A stretch of 64,000 nt of DNA from Escherichia coli (GCF_024502345.1 NZ_JALDNN010000001.1), one strand, 5' to 3'; positions 33,595-46,794 are shown, numbered from the stretch's first letter. The notes: generated by a model not told the origin, from the sequence alone. Numbers and translations are program-made.

Positions 33595-34968
33595 TTAATG
33601 GTTGGAGAACCAGTTCAGTTTATCGCGCAGGCCAACAACCCGACCAATAATAATTAGCGATGGACTGTTCATTTGCTGAGCAAGTTCACCGAGTTGCGTG
33701 AGCGTACCGTCAATCACGCGCTGCGTGACTGCCGTTCCGTTTTCGACAATTGCCACCGGCATTTCGCCAGGCATACCGTGTTCAATCAGCTTTTGCTGAA
33801 TAGTCGCGGCCTGATTCAACCCCATATAGAACACCAGCGTCTGTTTTTCTGCCGCCAGGTTTTCCCAGTCCAGCTCGCCACCGGTTTTTAAGTGTCCGGT
33901 AATTAAGCGTACGCTCTGGGCATAATCGCGATGCGTGAGTGGAATACCCGAATAGGCAGAGCAACCAGAAGCTGCGGTAATACCCGGAACCACCGAGAAC
34001 GGAATACCCGCGTTGCACAGTGTTTCCAGCTCTTCGCCACCACGGCCAAAAATAAACGGATCGCCACCTTTCAGCCGCACCACGCGTTTGCCTTTTTGCG
34101 CTTCCCGCAGCAGGATCTGGTTAATCTCTTCCTGCGGTACACAGTGGTATCCCGCGCGTTTGCCGACGAAAACGCGATCAGCATCGCGGCGTACCAGATT
34201 CATAATATCGTCAGAAACCAGACGGTCGTAGACCACCACATCTGCCTGCTGAATTTGTTGCAGTCCTTTCAGCGTCAGCAGCCCGGCATCGCCCGGACCT
34301 GCACCAACCAGCACCACTTCACCGCGATGGTCGAGCGGTTCGTTGATTAACTGTTCGGTCGTTTCAGTAATGGCTTTCTGATCGTTGTTTGCCAGCGACT
34401 GCGCCAGGCGGTCGTTAACGAACAATTTCTCCCAGAAACGGCGACGCTCACTCATCGTGGCGAACTGTTGTTTCACTCGCCCGCGTAATTGCCCGGCATA
34501 TTTCGCCACCTGGCCCAGATGCAACGGCAGCAGTGATTCGAGTTTTTCGCGCAACAGGCGCGCCAGAACCGGAGAGGTGCCGCCAGAGGAGACCGCTACC
34601 ATTAGCGGTGAGCGGTCAATAATCGACGGCATAATAAAGCTGGCGGCTTTCGGCGCATCGACTACGTTACAGAAGATGCGACGAGCTTCAGCGGCTTCGC
34701 TGACGCGCTGGTTAAGCGTGTCATCATCCGTCGCTGCAATCGCCAGCCAGCAGGTGTCGAGAAGGCTTTCATCAAATGGCCCTTCGACGAGGGTTAACAT
34801 GCCTGCATCTGCCCATGCGGTGAACTGTGGAATAAACGCTAATGCATTCACCGTTAAGCGAGCGCCTGCGTCTAACAGCAACCTTGCTTTGCGTTCCGCG
34901 ACATCACCACCGCCGACAATCAGACAGTCGCGATCGCGTAATTGGCAAAATATAGGCAAATGATCCAC
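33595..34968 (-). CDS. cysG: Siroheme synthase (uroporphyrinogen-III methyltransferase / precorrin-2 dehydrogenase / ferrochelatase)
   Basis: 457-aa [34 protein letters not shown]...; SAM methyltransferase motif [15 protein letters not shown]. Confidence 0.95.
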
Positions 34969-34986
34969 GTAAAAACCCCTTAGTAA

Positions 34987-35793
34987 TTAACCGGCAGCCG
35001 TTTCAGTTTGATTAAATTTGTCCGCAACCGGACGATTCGCTTTCGGCGTAGCATACCAATAACCCAATCCCATGAATACGGCACCCGATAAAGTATTACC
35101 CAGCGTCACCCACAGCAGGTTATGACCAATACCCGCCAGCGTGTAGGCTTCGCTGTGGTTGCCGAACCAGGAGAGGGCGAACAGCGTCATGTTAGCGATG
35201 GAGTGCTCGTAGCCGGACGCGATAAATGCCAGCAGACACCACCAGATAGCGATAAATTTCGCCGCCCCTTCAGTGCGCAGCGCCATCCAGATTGCCAGGC
35301 AAACCAGCCAGTTACACAATGCACCTTTGAAGAAGAGTACCATTGCCGGTGCAGTGGTTTTAGCCAGCGCGACGGAGTGAACGATGCTGGTATCTACCGG
35401 CAGCAGGCTACCGCCGCCCCAGCTATAAAGCATGGCAACGAAGACGGAACCGACCAGGTTACCCAGCCAGGTTTGCGGCAGGATTGCCCACATTTGCCCG
35501 TGGCTGATGCTGCCCGCTTTTACCCCAAAGGTGAGGAACATGGTGTGTCCGGTGAACAGTTCAGAACCGGCGATAATCACCAGCGTTAAGGCGATACCAA
35601 AGGTCGCGCCCATCACCAGCGGACGTACGGACGGGTCGAGCAAATTACCGAGCGTGAAAATCAAGATGATCCCAAGACCCACATACGCGCCCGCCATGGC
35701 GGAGCTGACCCAAAAGCCGAGCGGGTTATTTGCCGACAGGCGTGCAATGCGCGCAGCGTTAGCCGCACACTTATTAATAGTGTCTGTAAACAT
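34987..35793 (-). CDS. nirC: Nitrite transporter (formate/nitrite transporter family)
   Basis: 268-aa hydrophobic ORF MFTDTINKCAANAARIARLSANNPLGFW... Confidence 0.94.
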   Translation of the reverse strand: MFTDTINKCAANAARIARLSANNPLGFWVSSAMAGAYVGLGIILIFTLGNLLDPSVRPLVMGATFGIALTLVIIAGSELFTGHTMFLTFGVKAGSISHGQMWAILPQTWLGNLVGSVFVAMLYSWGGGSLLPVDTSIVHSVALAKTTAPAMVLFFKGALCNWLVCLAIWMALRTEGAAKFIAIWWCLLAFIASGYEHSIANMTLFALSWFGNHSEAYTLAGIGHNLLWVTLGNTLSGAVFMGLGYWYATPKANRPVADKFNQTETAAG

Positions 35794-35919
35794 TTGATTA
35801 TCCTTTAAAAAATAAAAACAACAAAATAAAACAAAAAGTTTAAAAAATGTCCTGCAATATACCGAAGGTCATTACAGGACCATGCAAAAAGGGGAGGCAT
35901 TGCGCCTCCCGTTAAAACA

Positions 35920-36246
35920 TTAACCGCGCAGCTGCACCACGCCGTCTTTCACTCGCGCTTCGTAATGTTTGACGGAAAACTGTTCGTCTTCCATGCACAA
36001 GCCATCACTTAAGCGAAAACGCTGTTTTTTCAGCGGGCTGGCGACCCACAGCTCGCCCTGGTGTTCCGCAATCAGCCCGCGTGATAGCACGCTGGACTCG
36101 AAGAACGGATCAATGTTGCTGATCGCAAACACCTGGTCGCTGTGATACGGGCGGAAAATCGCTACCTGCTCGTCACCTAACAGCGCGCAGACGCCGGTTT
36201 CAGGCAGGATGTCATCGATTTTGCAGATGTCTTTCCACTGGCTCAT
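35920..36246 (-). CDS. nirD: Nitrite reductase (NADH) small subunit
   Basis: 108-aa ORF MSQWKDICKIDDILPETGVCALLGDEQVAIF..., Rieske-like fold lacking the cluster ligands. Confidence 0.94.
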   Translation of the reverse strand: MSQWKDICKIDDILPETGVCALLGDEQVAIFRPYHSDQVFAISNIDPFFESSVLSRGLIAEHQGELWVASPLKKQRFRLSDGLCMEDEQFSVKHYEARVKDGVVQLRG

Positions 36247-38786
36247 GCGTTGTCCTCCACCAGAGTTACCGGGATACGTTCATACGGCGTTGCCGGACGG
36301 TGCTGTTCGCGCTCTGGCACCATCTGTACGTTCGGGTCACGCTTGTCGCTGTTGATGAAGTGTTTGAAGCGAGTCTGCGCGGACGGTGTATTGACCGTTT
36401 CAGTCCACTCACACACTACCGCTTCACGCAGGCGCGCCATCTCTTCTTCCAGATGTGCGTTCAGCCCCAGTTTGTCGTCAATGATCACCGCTTTCAGATA
36501 ATCGATGCCGCCTTCGAGGTTTTCTAACCACGGCGCGGTACGCGTCAGTTTGTCGGCGGTACGGATGTAGAACATCATGAAGCGGTCGAGATATTTGATC
36601 AGCGTTTCGCGATCGATATCCGCTGCCAGCAGATCCGCATGACGCGGTTTCATGCCGCCGTTACCGCAAACATACAGGTTCCAGCCTTTTTCAGTGGCGA
36701 TAATACCCACGTCTTTACCCTGAGCTTCTGAACATTCACGGGTACAGCCGGAGACACCGAACTTCATTTTGTGCGGCGTACGGATGCCTTTGTAGCGGTT
36801 TTCCAGTTCCACGCCGAGGCCGACGCTATCGCCAACACCGTAGCGGCACCAGGTGCTACCCACGCAGGTTTTCGCCATACGCAGTGCTTTCGCATAGGCA
36901 TGACCGGTTTCGAAGCCAGCTTCAATCAGCTGACGCCAGATTTCCGGCAGATCGTCTTTCTGTGCGCCAAACATCGCCAGGCGCTGGGAGCCGGTGATTT
37001 TGGTGTAGAGATTAAATTCACGCGCGATACGACCCACTGCCATCAGCCCTTCCGGGGTGATTTCACCGCCCGGAGAACGCGGGATCACCGAGTAGGTGCC
37101 GTCTTTCTGGATGTTAGCGAGGAAGTTGTCGTTAGAATCCTGCAGCGGAGTATGTTCCGGCTTCAGAATGTATTCGTTCCAGCAGGAGGCCAGCAGCGAA
37201 CCGACGGTTGGTTTACAAACTTCACAACCGTAGCCTTTGCCGTGTTTCGCCAGCAGTTCTTCGAAGGTTTTAATGCCTTCAACGCGGATCAAATGGAACA
37301 GTTCCTGACGCGAATAAGCAAAGTGTTCGCACAGGTTGTTGTTAACTTCGATGCCCTGTTTCGCCAGTTCCGCGTTCAGTACCTGAGTGACCAGCGGGAT
37401 ACAGCCACCGCAGCCAGTACCCGCTTTGGTTTCAGCTTTCAGCGCCGCAACTGTGTGGCAGCCTTTGTTGATGGCAGCAATCAGATCACCTTTGGTGACG
37501 TCGAAGCAGGAGCAGATTTGCGCGCTGTCCGGCAGTTTATCAACACCGATAGACGGCTTGCCGCTACCAGAGTGTGCTGGCAGGATCAGGGAATCCGGGT
37601 TTTCCGGCAGTTCGATAGCGTTCAGCACCAGTTGCAGCAGGTTACCGTAGTCGCTGGTATCGCCCACCAGTACCGCACCGAGCAGGGTTTTGTTGTCTTC
37701 GCTGACAATCAGGCGTTTGTAGATCTCTTTACTTTCGTCGAGGTAAACGTAGCTACGTGCGCCAGGCGTGCGACCGTGCGCATCACCAATACCGCCTACG
37801 TCTACGCCCAGCAGTTTCAGCTTGGCGCTAAGGTCAGCACCTTCAAAGGCGTTTTCGCTACCGAGAATATGGTCAACGGCGACCTGCGCCATTTTGTAGC
37901 CAGGTGCTACCAGACCAAATACACGGTTGTTCCAGCTTGCGCATTCACCGATGGCGTAGATATCCGGATCGGAAGTCTGGCAGGAATCATTAATGACGAT
38001 ACCCCCACGCGGAGCAACGTCCAGACCACACTGGGTTGCCAGCTTATCGCGCGGACGGATACCGGTAGAGAAGACGATAAAGTCGACTTCCAGTTCGCTG
38101 CCGTCGGCAAAACGCATGGTTTTACGCGCTTCGACACCTTCCTGCACAATCTCAAGGGTGTTTTTGCTGGTGTGAACGCGCACGCCCATACTTTCGATTT
38201 TGCGACGCAGCTGCTCGCCACCCATCTGATCAAGCTGTTCCGCCATCAGCATAGGGGCAAATTCGATAACGTGGGTTTCAATACCTAAGTTTTTCAGCGC
38301 GCCAGCGGCTTCCAGACCTAACAGGCCGCCACCAACAACGGCACCGCGTTTGCTGCGACGGGCGCAGGATTCAATGGCGTTGAGGTCTTCAATGGTGCGA
38401 TAGACAAAGCAGTCCTGAGTATCAGAACCTTTGATTGGTGGGATCCACGGGTAGGAACCGGTTGCCATGATCAGCTTGTCATAAAAAACGGTACGTCCGG
38501 CGCTGGAGTGAATCACCTTCTCCTGACGGTTGATGGTGATAGCGCGTTCGCCGACCAGAACTTTGATGCCGTGTTTCTCGTAGAAGCCTTCGCGCACCAG
38601 CGACAGCTCTTCGGCGGTGTGGTGAGAGAAGTAAGACGAGAGGTGTACGCGGTCATAAGCGATGCGCGGTTCTTCACAGAAAACGGTAATATCAAAGTTG
38701 GCCGCATCAGATTTATCAAGAAGATCTTCGATAAAGCGATGGCCGACCATACCGTTACCGATAATTGCGAGTCTGACTTTGCTCAT
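36243..38786 (-). CDS. nirB: Nitrite reductase (NADH) large subunit
   Basis: 847-aa ORF MSKVRLAIIGNGMVGHRFIED...; FAD/NAD Rossmann motifs and siroheme/Fe-S cysteine clusters. Confidence 0.96.
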   Translation of the reverse strand: MSKVRLAIIGNGMVGHRFIEDLLDKSDAANFDITVFCEEPRIAYDRVHLSSYFSHHTAEELSLVREGFYEKHGIKVLVGERAITINRQEKVIHSSAGRTVFYDKLIMATGSYPWIPPIKGSDTQDCFVYRTIEDLNAIESCARRSKRGAVVGGGLLGLEAAGALKNLGIETHVIEFAPMLMAEQLDQMGGEQLRRKIESMGVRVHTSKNTLEIVQEGVEARKTMRFADGSELEVDFIVFSTGIRPRDKLATQCGLDVAPRGGIVINDSCQTSDPDIYAIGECASWNNRVFGLVAPGYKMAQVAVDHILGSENAFEGADLSAKLKLLGVDVGGIGDAHGRTPGARSYVYLDESKEIYKRLIVSEDNKTLLGAVLVGDTSDYGNLLQLVLNAIELPENPDSLILPAHSGSGKPSIGVDKLPDSAQICSCFDVTKGDLIAAINKGCHTVAALKAETKAGTGCGGCIPLVTQVLNAELAKQGIEVNNNLCEHFAYSRQELFHLIRVEGIKTFEELLAKHGKGYGCEVCKPTVGSLLASCWNEYILKPEHTPLQDSNDNFLANIQKDGTYSVIPRSPGGEITPEGLMAVGRIAREFNLYTKITGSQRLAMFGAQKDDLPEIWRQLIEAGFETGHAYAKALRMAKTCVGSTWCRYGVGDSVGLGVELENRYKGIRTPHKMKFGVSGCTRECSEAQGKDVGIIATEKGWNLYVCGNGGMKPRHADLLAADIDRETLIKYLDRFMMFYIRTADKLTRTAPWLENLEGGIDYLKAVIIDDKLGLNAHLEEEMARLREAVVCEWTETVNTPSAQTRFKHFINSDKRDPNVQMVPEREQHRPATPYERIPVTLVEDNA

Positions 38787-38844
38787 TTTTGCCTCGATTT
38801 CTTTTCTATTACCGCCTACCTTAACGATTCAGCAACCCCGCTTA

Positions 38845-38858
38845 TTGATGTAAATCAA
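38845..38858 (-). promoter_or_regulatory. FNR binding site of the nirB promoter
   Basis: TTGAT-gtaa-ATCAA matches FNR consensus TTGAT-N4-ATCAA; centre lies about 65 bp upstream of the nirB ATG, as expected for a class II FNR promoter. Confidence 0.75.
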
Positions 38859-38871
38859 ATTCACCTTTATA

Positions 38872-38887
38872 TACTCCTTAAGGGGTA
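38872..38887 (-). promoter_or_regulatory. NarL/NarP 7-2-7 heptamer pair upstream of the nirB FNR site
   Basis: TACCCCT-ta-AGGAGTA (reverse strand) inverted heptamers. Confidence 0.6.
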
Positions 38888-39047
38888 TATTGCTGATTTG
38901 TATAAATTTTCTTAAGTCACGGAATTGTCTGACATTTCATGTTTGTGCAAAAAATGGACATAATGAACGGGTTTATAGAAATAGATGCACGTAGCGGGGG
39001 AAGAGAGGAAAAGGCCGGACGACGATAGTGCCGTCCGGCATTAGCAA

Positions 39048-40229
39048 TTAATGAGAGGTCAGGGTGTTATGCTGACGGTGACGGCTGACGAAACCTAACA
39101 GGAAGCACATCACAAAGACGACAGCGTACAGACCGTTTGCTGTAAGCAGTGCCGCCTGCGGACCGCTATGTTCAACAATCGGGCCGGTAACCACAAAGGT
39201 CAACATAGTACCGATGGTTCCGCAGGTCAGGACAAAGTTAACCAGTTTTGGCGACGGTACTTTGGTCTGCTGTGAACCCAGGGTGATGATGGTGGTATAG
39301 ATCGCGCTGGAGAAGAAGCCCAGAGCGAGAATTGACCACGCCATATGTGCTGGTGTTCCGGTGTTAAAGACGTACATCAGAATCGCAGCCAGACCAGCCA
39401 GTACGGTCAGAATGCGTTGCAAATCAAAGAAGCGAAGAATAAAGCTGAACGCCCACATGCCGACCATGTATGACATCCAGAAGTTACTCACCAGCGTGCC
39501 CGCGTCGTTCAGGCTCATGCCCAGGCCTTTGGCATACTCAGGCACCCAGGAGATAAAACCTAACTGACCGAGGATGTAGCACAGCGCCGCAACAGAGAGA
39601 AACAGTACGCCGATCCCCCACTTTTCTTTCTCTACCGGAGCATCCGTTTTTGGTGCATGTTTGCCCAGTGCCGGGAACTCACAGCCGAAGGTCAGAATAA
39701 AAATAGCGACATACACCAGCCCGATGCAGGCATAAACCCAGTACCACTCAATGCTGCGCGCCAGTAGAAACGCGGCGATCATTGGGAAAATCATCCCAGC
39801 CATACTGAAGAAGGAGTCAGTAAATAACAGGCGGGAACCGCGCTGACGCCCTTCATACATTTGTGTTATCAGGAATGTACCAATCGACATAGTAATGCCG
39901 CTGACCACCCCGAGAATGAACATCGCCGTCGAGAACAGCGCCAGGCTGTGGCTGAACATCAAACCGGCAACCGCCAGCACCATCAGGAGAAAGCCAAAAC
40001 GTAACTGCGTTTTCAACGGGACGATTTCCATCAGCCAGGCGTTGAGGAAGATAGAGATTAAAATGCCGGCGTTGAGGAAGGTGAAGGTGTTACTCATACT
40101 GGAAACAGGCAGATTGAAATAATCGGCGATATTTCCCATCACCATCCCGGTGACAATAACCAACGCACCAGTCAGTGCGTAGGAGAGAAAGCTAATCCAT
40201 GTGAGCTTGATGCGATTGCTGTTAGTCAT
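39048..40229 (-). CDS. tsgA: MFS-family membrane protein TsgA
   Basis: 393-aa hydrophobic [31 protein letters not shown]... Confidence 0.92.
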   Translation of the reverse strand: MTNSNRIKLTWISFLSYALTGALVIVTGMVMGNIADYFNLPVSSMSNTFTFLNAGILISIFLNAWLMEIVPLKTQLRFGFLLMVLAVAGLMFSHSLALFSTAMFILGVVSGITMSIGTFLITQMYEGRQRGSRLLFTDSFFSMAGMIFPMIAAFLLARSIEWYWVYACIGLVYVAIFILTFGCEFPALGKHAPKTDAPVEKEKWGIGVLFLSVAALCYILGQLGFISWVPEYAKGLGMSLNDAGTLVSNFWMSYMVGMWAFSFILRFFDLQRILTVLAGLAAILMYVFNTGTPAHMAWSILALGFFSSAIYTTIITLGSQQTKVPSPKLVNFVLTCGTIGTMLTFVVTGPIVEHSGPQAALLTANGLYAVVFVMCFLLGFVSRHRQHNTLTSH

Positions 40230-40490
40230 GATTGGCCTGCGTTCAAAAATAAAATGGCATAGCGGGATATGCCGCGAGCGGGCGATTTTAGGTGATTTTG
40301 TGATCTGTTTAAATGTTTTATTGCAATCGGTTGCTAAATTGCATTTTAAGAGGTGATTTTGATCACTGAATAAAAAGTGATCGTCAGGTTACATATATTT
40401 CAGATACGTAAAATTAGGTAAAGGGATGGCCTTGTTCTTGAAGGCTATTTAGAATCTCTTCACTTGCTTTTTTTCTGCTCTGTTTGTTAA

Positions 40491-41072
<582 letters not shown>

Positions 41073-41080
41073 TGATTTCT

Positions 41081-41102
41081 CGCGCGGGCAATCTTGCCCG
41101 CG
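41081..41102 (+). terminator. Hairpin downstream of ppiA (possible terminator)
   Basis: GCGCGGGCA-atc-TTGCCCGCGC, weak T-tract after. Confidence 0.4.
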
Positions 41103-41176
41103 CTTCTGCTCTCCCGGCGTAACCCGGATTTGCCGCTTATACTTGTGGCAAATGGACACGTTCAGGGAGGCATCAA

Positions 41177-41344
41177 GTGAAGAAACTCACCGATAAGCAA
41201 AAGTCCCGTCTCTGGGAGCTTCAGCGTAATCGTAATTTTCAGGCCAGTCGCCGTCTTGAAGGCGTCGAGATGCCTTTAGTCACTCTTACTGCCGCAGAGG
41301 CTTTAGCGCGCCTTGAAGAGCTGAGGAGTCACTATGAGCGATAA
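41177..41344 (+). CDS. yhfG: Small protein YhfG (55 aa), upstream partner of fic; below the ORF-track cut-off
   Basis: GTG at 41177 (GGGAGG SD 7 nt upstream) to TAA 41342-41344: [55 protein letters not shown]; 11-nt overlap with fic. Confidence 0.8.
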
Positions 41345-41936
41345 ATTCGGCGAAGGGCGCGATCCGTATCTTTATCCAGGCCTTGATATCATGCGTAACC
41401 GGCTGAACATCCGCCAGCAGCAGCGGCTGGAACAGGCCGCTTACGAAATGACGGCGCTGCGTGCTGCGACCATTGAGCTTGGTCCGCTGGTGCGCGGTTT
41501 ACCGCATTTGCGAACTATCCATCGCCAGCTGTATCAGGATATTTTCGACTGGGCAGGGCAACTGCGTGAAGTTGATATTTATCAGGGTGATACGCCGTTC
41601 TGCCACTTTGCTTATATCGAAAAAGAGGGCAATGCCCTGATGCAGGATCTGGAGGAAGAAGGTTATCTGGTTGGCCTGGAGAAAACGAAGTTCGTCGAGC
41701 GGCTGGCGCATTACTATTGTGAAATCAACGTGCTGCATCCCTTCCGGGTGGGAAGTGGTCTGGCACAGCGGATCTTCTTCGAGCAACTGGCGATTCATGC
41801 CGGATATCAACTGAGCTGGCAGGGTATCGAAAAAGAGGCCTGGAATCAGGCAAATCAGAGTGGGGCAATGGGGGATCTCACCGCGTTGCAGATGATATTT
41901 AGCAAAGTGGTAAGCGAAGCCGGGGAATCTGAGTAA
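41334..41936 (+). CDS. fic: Fic-family protein
   Basis: 200-aa [27 protein letters not shown]...; Fic motif region reads [12 protein letters not shown]. Confidence 0.92.
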
Positions 41937-41967
41937 AATAGCGCGGTTATTTCGTACCGGAGCCGCC

Positions 41968-42531
41968 ATGATCCTGCTTATAGATAACTACGATTCTTTT
42001 ACCTGGAACCTCTACCAGTACTTTTGTGAACTGGGGGCGGATGTGCTGGTTAAGCGCAACGATGCGTTGACGCTGGCGGATATCGACGCCCTTAAACCAC
42101 AAAAAATTGTCATCTCACCTGGCCCCTGTACGCCAGATGAAGCCGGGATCTCCCTTGACGTTATTCGCCACTATGCCGGGCGCTTGCCGATTCTTGGCGT
42201 CTGCCTCGGTCATCAGGCAATGGCGCAGGCATTTGGCGGTAAAGTTGTGCGCGCCGCAAAGGTCATGCACGGCAAAACCTCGCCGATTACACATAACGGT
42301 GAGGGCGTATTTCGGGGGCTGGCAAATCCACTTACCGTGACACGCTACCATTCGCTGGTGGTGGAACCTGGCTCATTACCAGCGTGCTTTGACGTGACGG
42401 CCTGGAGCGAAACCCGCGAGATTATGGGGATTCGCCATCGCCAGTGGGATCTGGAAGGTGTGCAGTTCCATCCAGAAAGTATTCTTAGCGAACAAGGACA
42501 TCAACTGCTGGCTAATTTCCTGCATCGCTGA
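41968..42531 (+). CDS. pabA: Aminodeoxychorismate synthase glutamine amidotransferase component
   Basis: 187-aa [22 protein letters not shown]...; class I GATase catalytic Cys (GVCLGHQ). Confidence 0.95.
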   Translation: MILLIDNYDSFTWNLYQYFCELGADVLVKRNDALTLADIDALKPQKIVISPGPCTPDEAGISLDVIRHYAGRLPILGVCLGHQAMAQAFGGKVVRAAKVMHGKTSPITHNGEGVFRGLANPLTVTRYHSLVVEPGSLPACFDVTAWSETREIMGIRHRQWDLEGVQFHPESILSEQGHQLLANFLHR

Positions 42532-42601
42532 TTTCTGATTGTCATTCAGTGATTTTTTATGCATATTTTGTGATTATAATTTCACATTTATTTATGCGTA
42601 A

Positions 42602-43837
<1,236 letters not shown>

Positions 43838-43861
43838 ATAAGACGCGTCAGGAAAAAGATG

Positions 43862-43889
43862 TCGGATGCGGCGTGAACACCTTATCCGA
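43862..43889. repeat. REP-like element between convergent argD and yhfK
   Basis: TCGGATGCGGCGTGAACACCTTATCCGA. Confidence 0.6.
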
Positions 43890-43903
43890 TAGTTTAGTCT
43901 GCA

Positions 43904-45994
43904 TTACGCCTTCGAATCCCGCAACTTGCGACTCAGCCAAATCCCGTGATGCGGTCGCTGACGCCATGCCATCGACGAAATGGTGTGCATGGTGTTCAGA
44001 TGACCAATAACCCGCTGTAAATGCTGCTCCAGCGTACCTGCCGCACCTTCGTGCGGCTGCATCTCCGGCGAATCCATGATATTGGCATCGCCAGAACTCC
44101 CCGGTTCGTCATATTCCAGTCGCTGCTGACAACGCTGAATGGCGATTTCACAAGACTGCAAATATTCTTGCGCCAGTTCAGGTGGCAATGCCCGGTGTTC
44201 CCGTGCCAGCGTGGTCATGGCATTAATATGTTCAACAATAAACTGACTGTGCGTTACCCACAGTTTCATATCTGCCAGATAATGGCTGTTGAATGCCGGT
44301 TCCTGCATCGCCTGATTCAATGAGTTATACAGAGTGTTATGCGCCTGATTTACCCGCATTCGCTGCCAGGCCAGTGGCGTTGGTTGCGGGTCCTCGCTCA
44401 GAATCAAGCGAATCGCTTCCTGATAGGCTTCTAAAGCGTCATGGGCGTTTTTACGCAATAACCCGCTCTGCCACTGCGGCCACAGCCAGACGGTACCACC
44501 GAAAGCAATTAAACAACCAATAATGGTATCGATAAGACGCGGAAGGATGTACTGCTCACCGTTCAGCCACAACAGTTGCAGGGTATACACTGCGGTAATA
44601 GTAAAACCGACCGTCGCCCAGCCGTAGTTTTTGCGCAATATCAGGTAGCTGGCAAGGGTGGTAATCAGCATCAAGGTCAGGGTGTAACCTTCGGGAATTT
44701 TAAAGTGCAGCGCCACGCCCGCAATGATTAACCCGACCACGGTTCCCACGGAGCGATTCACAATCCTCAGACGGGTTGCGCCATAGCCATTTTGCGTCAC
44801 CAGCAATACCGTCATCAGGATCCAGTACGACTTCGGTAGATGCAGCGCGGTGCCCATCAAGCTGGCAACGCTTAACATCACACTGAGTCGTCCGGCATTG
44901 CGTAGCGCCGGAGACTTTAGTGACAGATAACTTTTCAGCGCCGGAAGTAACGGCATTCGTCGCTGTTTATCGGCCAGTAAGTCACGCGCATAGAGCGGTT
45001 TTTGGGTGCGCAGCACGCGGGCAATGCGGCTGAAGTGCCAATAGCAGAATTGCCCAACCGGATTATCCGGATGCTGGCGGGCGATTTTTTCCAGTGCGCC
45101 AATTTGCTTTTCCATCGTAAAACGCGTCGGCAGGCGATGGTAAAGAATGTCATCAGCCAGCACGCGCAGGCGAGCGGCGACGGTTTGCGCATTCCAGCGG
45201 ATAACTTCTTCCGCATGGCTACGCTCGACCAGCTTTTGCACCTCTTCCGGCTGATGCAAACTGACCGAAATATGTTCCTGTAAATCCAGCGCCTCCTGGA
45301 AAATACGCAGCATCCGCTTGTAGTCAGTATTATTTTGCGCGGAAAGCATATGCATTTGCTGATAGCACTGGGTAATTAGATCGACCGCTTTTTGCTGGCG
45401 CACCAGCAGCGGCGGCAGCGCTTTTTCAGGGTCGGTGTGCTGGGTAAGCAGGCTGTATTTGGCTTCACAATAATCTGCCAGTTCACGGTACAGCAGACTT
45501 AGTGACTCGCGCAGCGGTTGTTCGCGCCAGATCCAGAACCAAAACCAGTTAAACAATCCGTACCAGAGAGTGCCCAACGCATAGATGAGCAACGGTTCCC
45601 AGACCGGCATGTATCCCGCCAGACTGAGGGTAAAAATGGCTGCCAGCAGCGATGCGGGAAGCAATTTTGCGTGCAATGGCCCCAACTCAGCAGTGACGCC
45701 AAGTACCAGCGTTAATCCGGTCAGCAAAAAGGGCAGGGGAACATCTTTTGCCAGTAGCAGCTGTGTCAGTAAGCTACAGGTGGCAAACAGCGACGCACCA
45801 ATGATTAAGCGTTTGAAAAAACGTTTATGAGGCGTATCAAGGCCCGCAATATTGCAACAGGCAGGAACGAGAGAGAAGAGCAGACCGAATCGTAATTCGC
45901 CAAGCATTAACCCAACGGCCACGGGCAAACATAGCACCAGCGTTTGTCGTAGTGCATAGTTGATATCGGGGTGATAAATCAGTCTGCGCCACAT
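43904..45994 (-). CDS. yhfK: Large inner-membrane protein YhfK
   Basis: ORF 43904..46006; start at Met of MWRRLIYHPDINYALRQTLVL... (696 aa); multiple TM segments in both halves. Confidence 0.88.
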   Translation of the reverse strand: MWRRLIYHPDINYALRQTLVLCLPVAVGLMLGELRFGLLFSLVPACCNIAGLDTPHKRFFKRLIIGASLFATCSLLTQLLLAKDVPLPFLLTGLTLVLGVTAELGPLHAKLLPASLLAAIFTLSLAGYMPVWEPLLIYALGTLWYGLFNWFWFWIWREQPLRESLSLLYRELADYCEAKYSLLTQHTDPEKALPPLLVRQQKAVDLITQCYQQMHMLSAQNNTDYKRMLRIFQEALDLQEHISVSLHQPEEVQKLVERSHAEEVIRWNAQTVAARLRVLADDILYHRLPTRFTMEKQIGALEKIARQHPDNPVGQFCYWHFSRIARVLRTQKPLYARDLLADKQRRMPLLPALKSYLSLKSPALRNAGRLSVMLSVASLMGTALHLPKSYWILMTVLLVTQNGYGATRLRIVNRSVGTVVGLIIAGVALHFKIPEGYTLTLMLITTLASYLILRKNYGWATVGFTITAVYTLQLLWLNGEQYILPRLIDTIIGCLIAFGGTVWLWPQWQSGLLRKNAHDALEAYQEAIRLILSEDPQPTPLAWQRMRVNQAHNTLYNSLNQAMQEPAFNSHYLADMKLWVTHSQFIVEHINAMTTLAREHRALPPELAQEYLQSCEIAIQRCQQRLEYDEPGSSGDANIMDSPEMQPHEGAAGTLEQHLQRVIGHLNTMHTISSMAWRQRPHHGIWLSRKLRDSKA

Positions 45995-46044
45995 CGGGGG
46001 AAACAAAATGGCGCGCTACCAGGTAACGCGCCACTCCGACGGGA

Positions 46045-46677
46045 TTAACGAGTGCCGTAAACGACGATGGTTTTACCGTGTGCGGAGATCAGGTTCTGAT
46101 CTTCAAGCATCTTCAGAATGCGTCCCACGGTTTCACGAGAACAGCCGACAATCTGACCGATTTCCTGACGGGTAATTTTGATTTGCATACCGTCCGGGTG
46201 AGTCATAGCGTCTGGTTGTTTTGCCAGATTCAGCAGAGTCTGTGCAATGCGGCCCGTCACGTCGAGGAACGCCAGGTTGCCCACTTTCTCTGAAGTGACT
46301 TGCAGACGACGCGCCATCTGTGCAGACAGACGCATCAGAATGTCCGGGTTTACCTGAATCAATTGGCGAAATTTTTTGTACGAAATTTCAGCCACTTCAC
46401 AGGCGGTTTTCGCACGTACCCATGCGCTACGTTCCTGGCCCTCTTCAAACAGGCCCAGTTCGCCAATAAAATCACCCTGATTCAGATAGGAGAGGATCAT
46501 TTCTTTACCCTCTTCGTCTTTGATCAGCACTGCCACAGAGCCTTTAACGATGTAGTACAGCGTTTCCGCTTTTTCACCCTGGTGAATAAGCGTGCTCTTG
46601 GATGGGTACTTATGAATGTGGCAATGAGACAAGAACCATTCGAGAGTCGGGTCTGTTTGCGGTTTGCCAAGCACCAT
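46045..46677 (-). CDS. crp: cAMP receptor protein (catabolite activator protein)
   Basis: 210-aa [80 protein letters not shown]...[17 protein letters not shown]. Confidence 0.98.
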
Positions 46678-46794
46678 GCGCGGTTATCCTCTGTTATAAG
46701 CTTTCTCCAGAGCCAGATAACGCCGCTGTCTCTGGATTGCCGAAATATGCTTCCCGCTACCTGGGAAGGGGCTATCAACTGTACTGCACGGTAA

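Noticed and set aside
36771-38288. 505-codon ORF on the plus strand inside nirB
   Set aside because: Fully antisense to a conserved gene, with Arg/His/Phe-rich composition typical of shadow ORFs created by codon bias of the sense gene; no ribosome-binding site context
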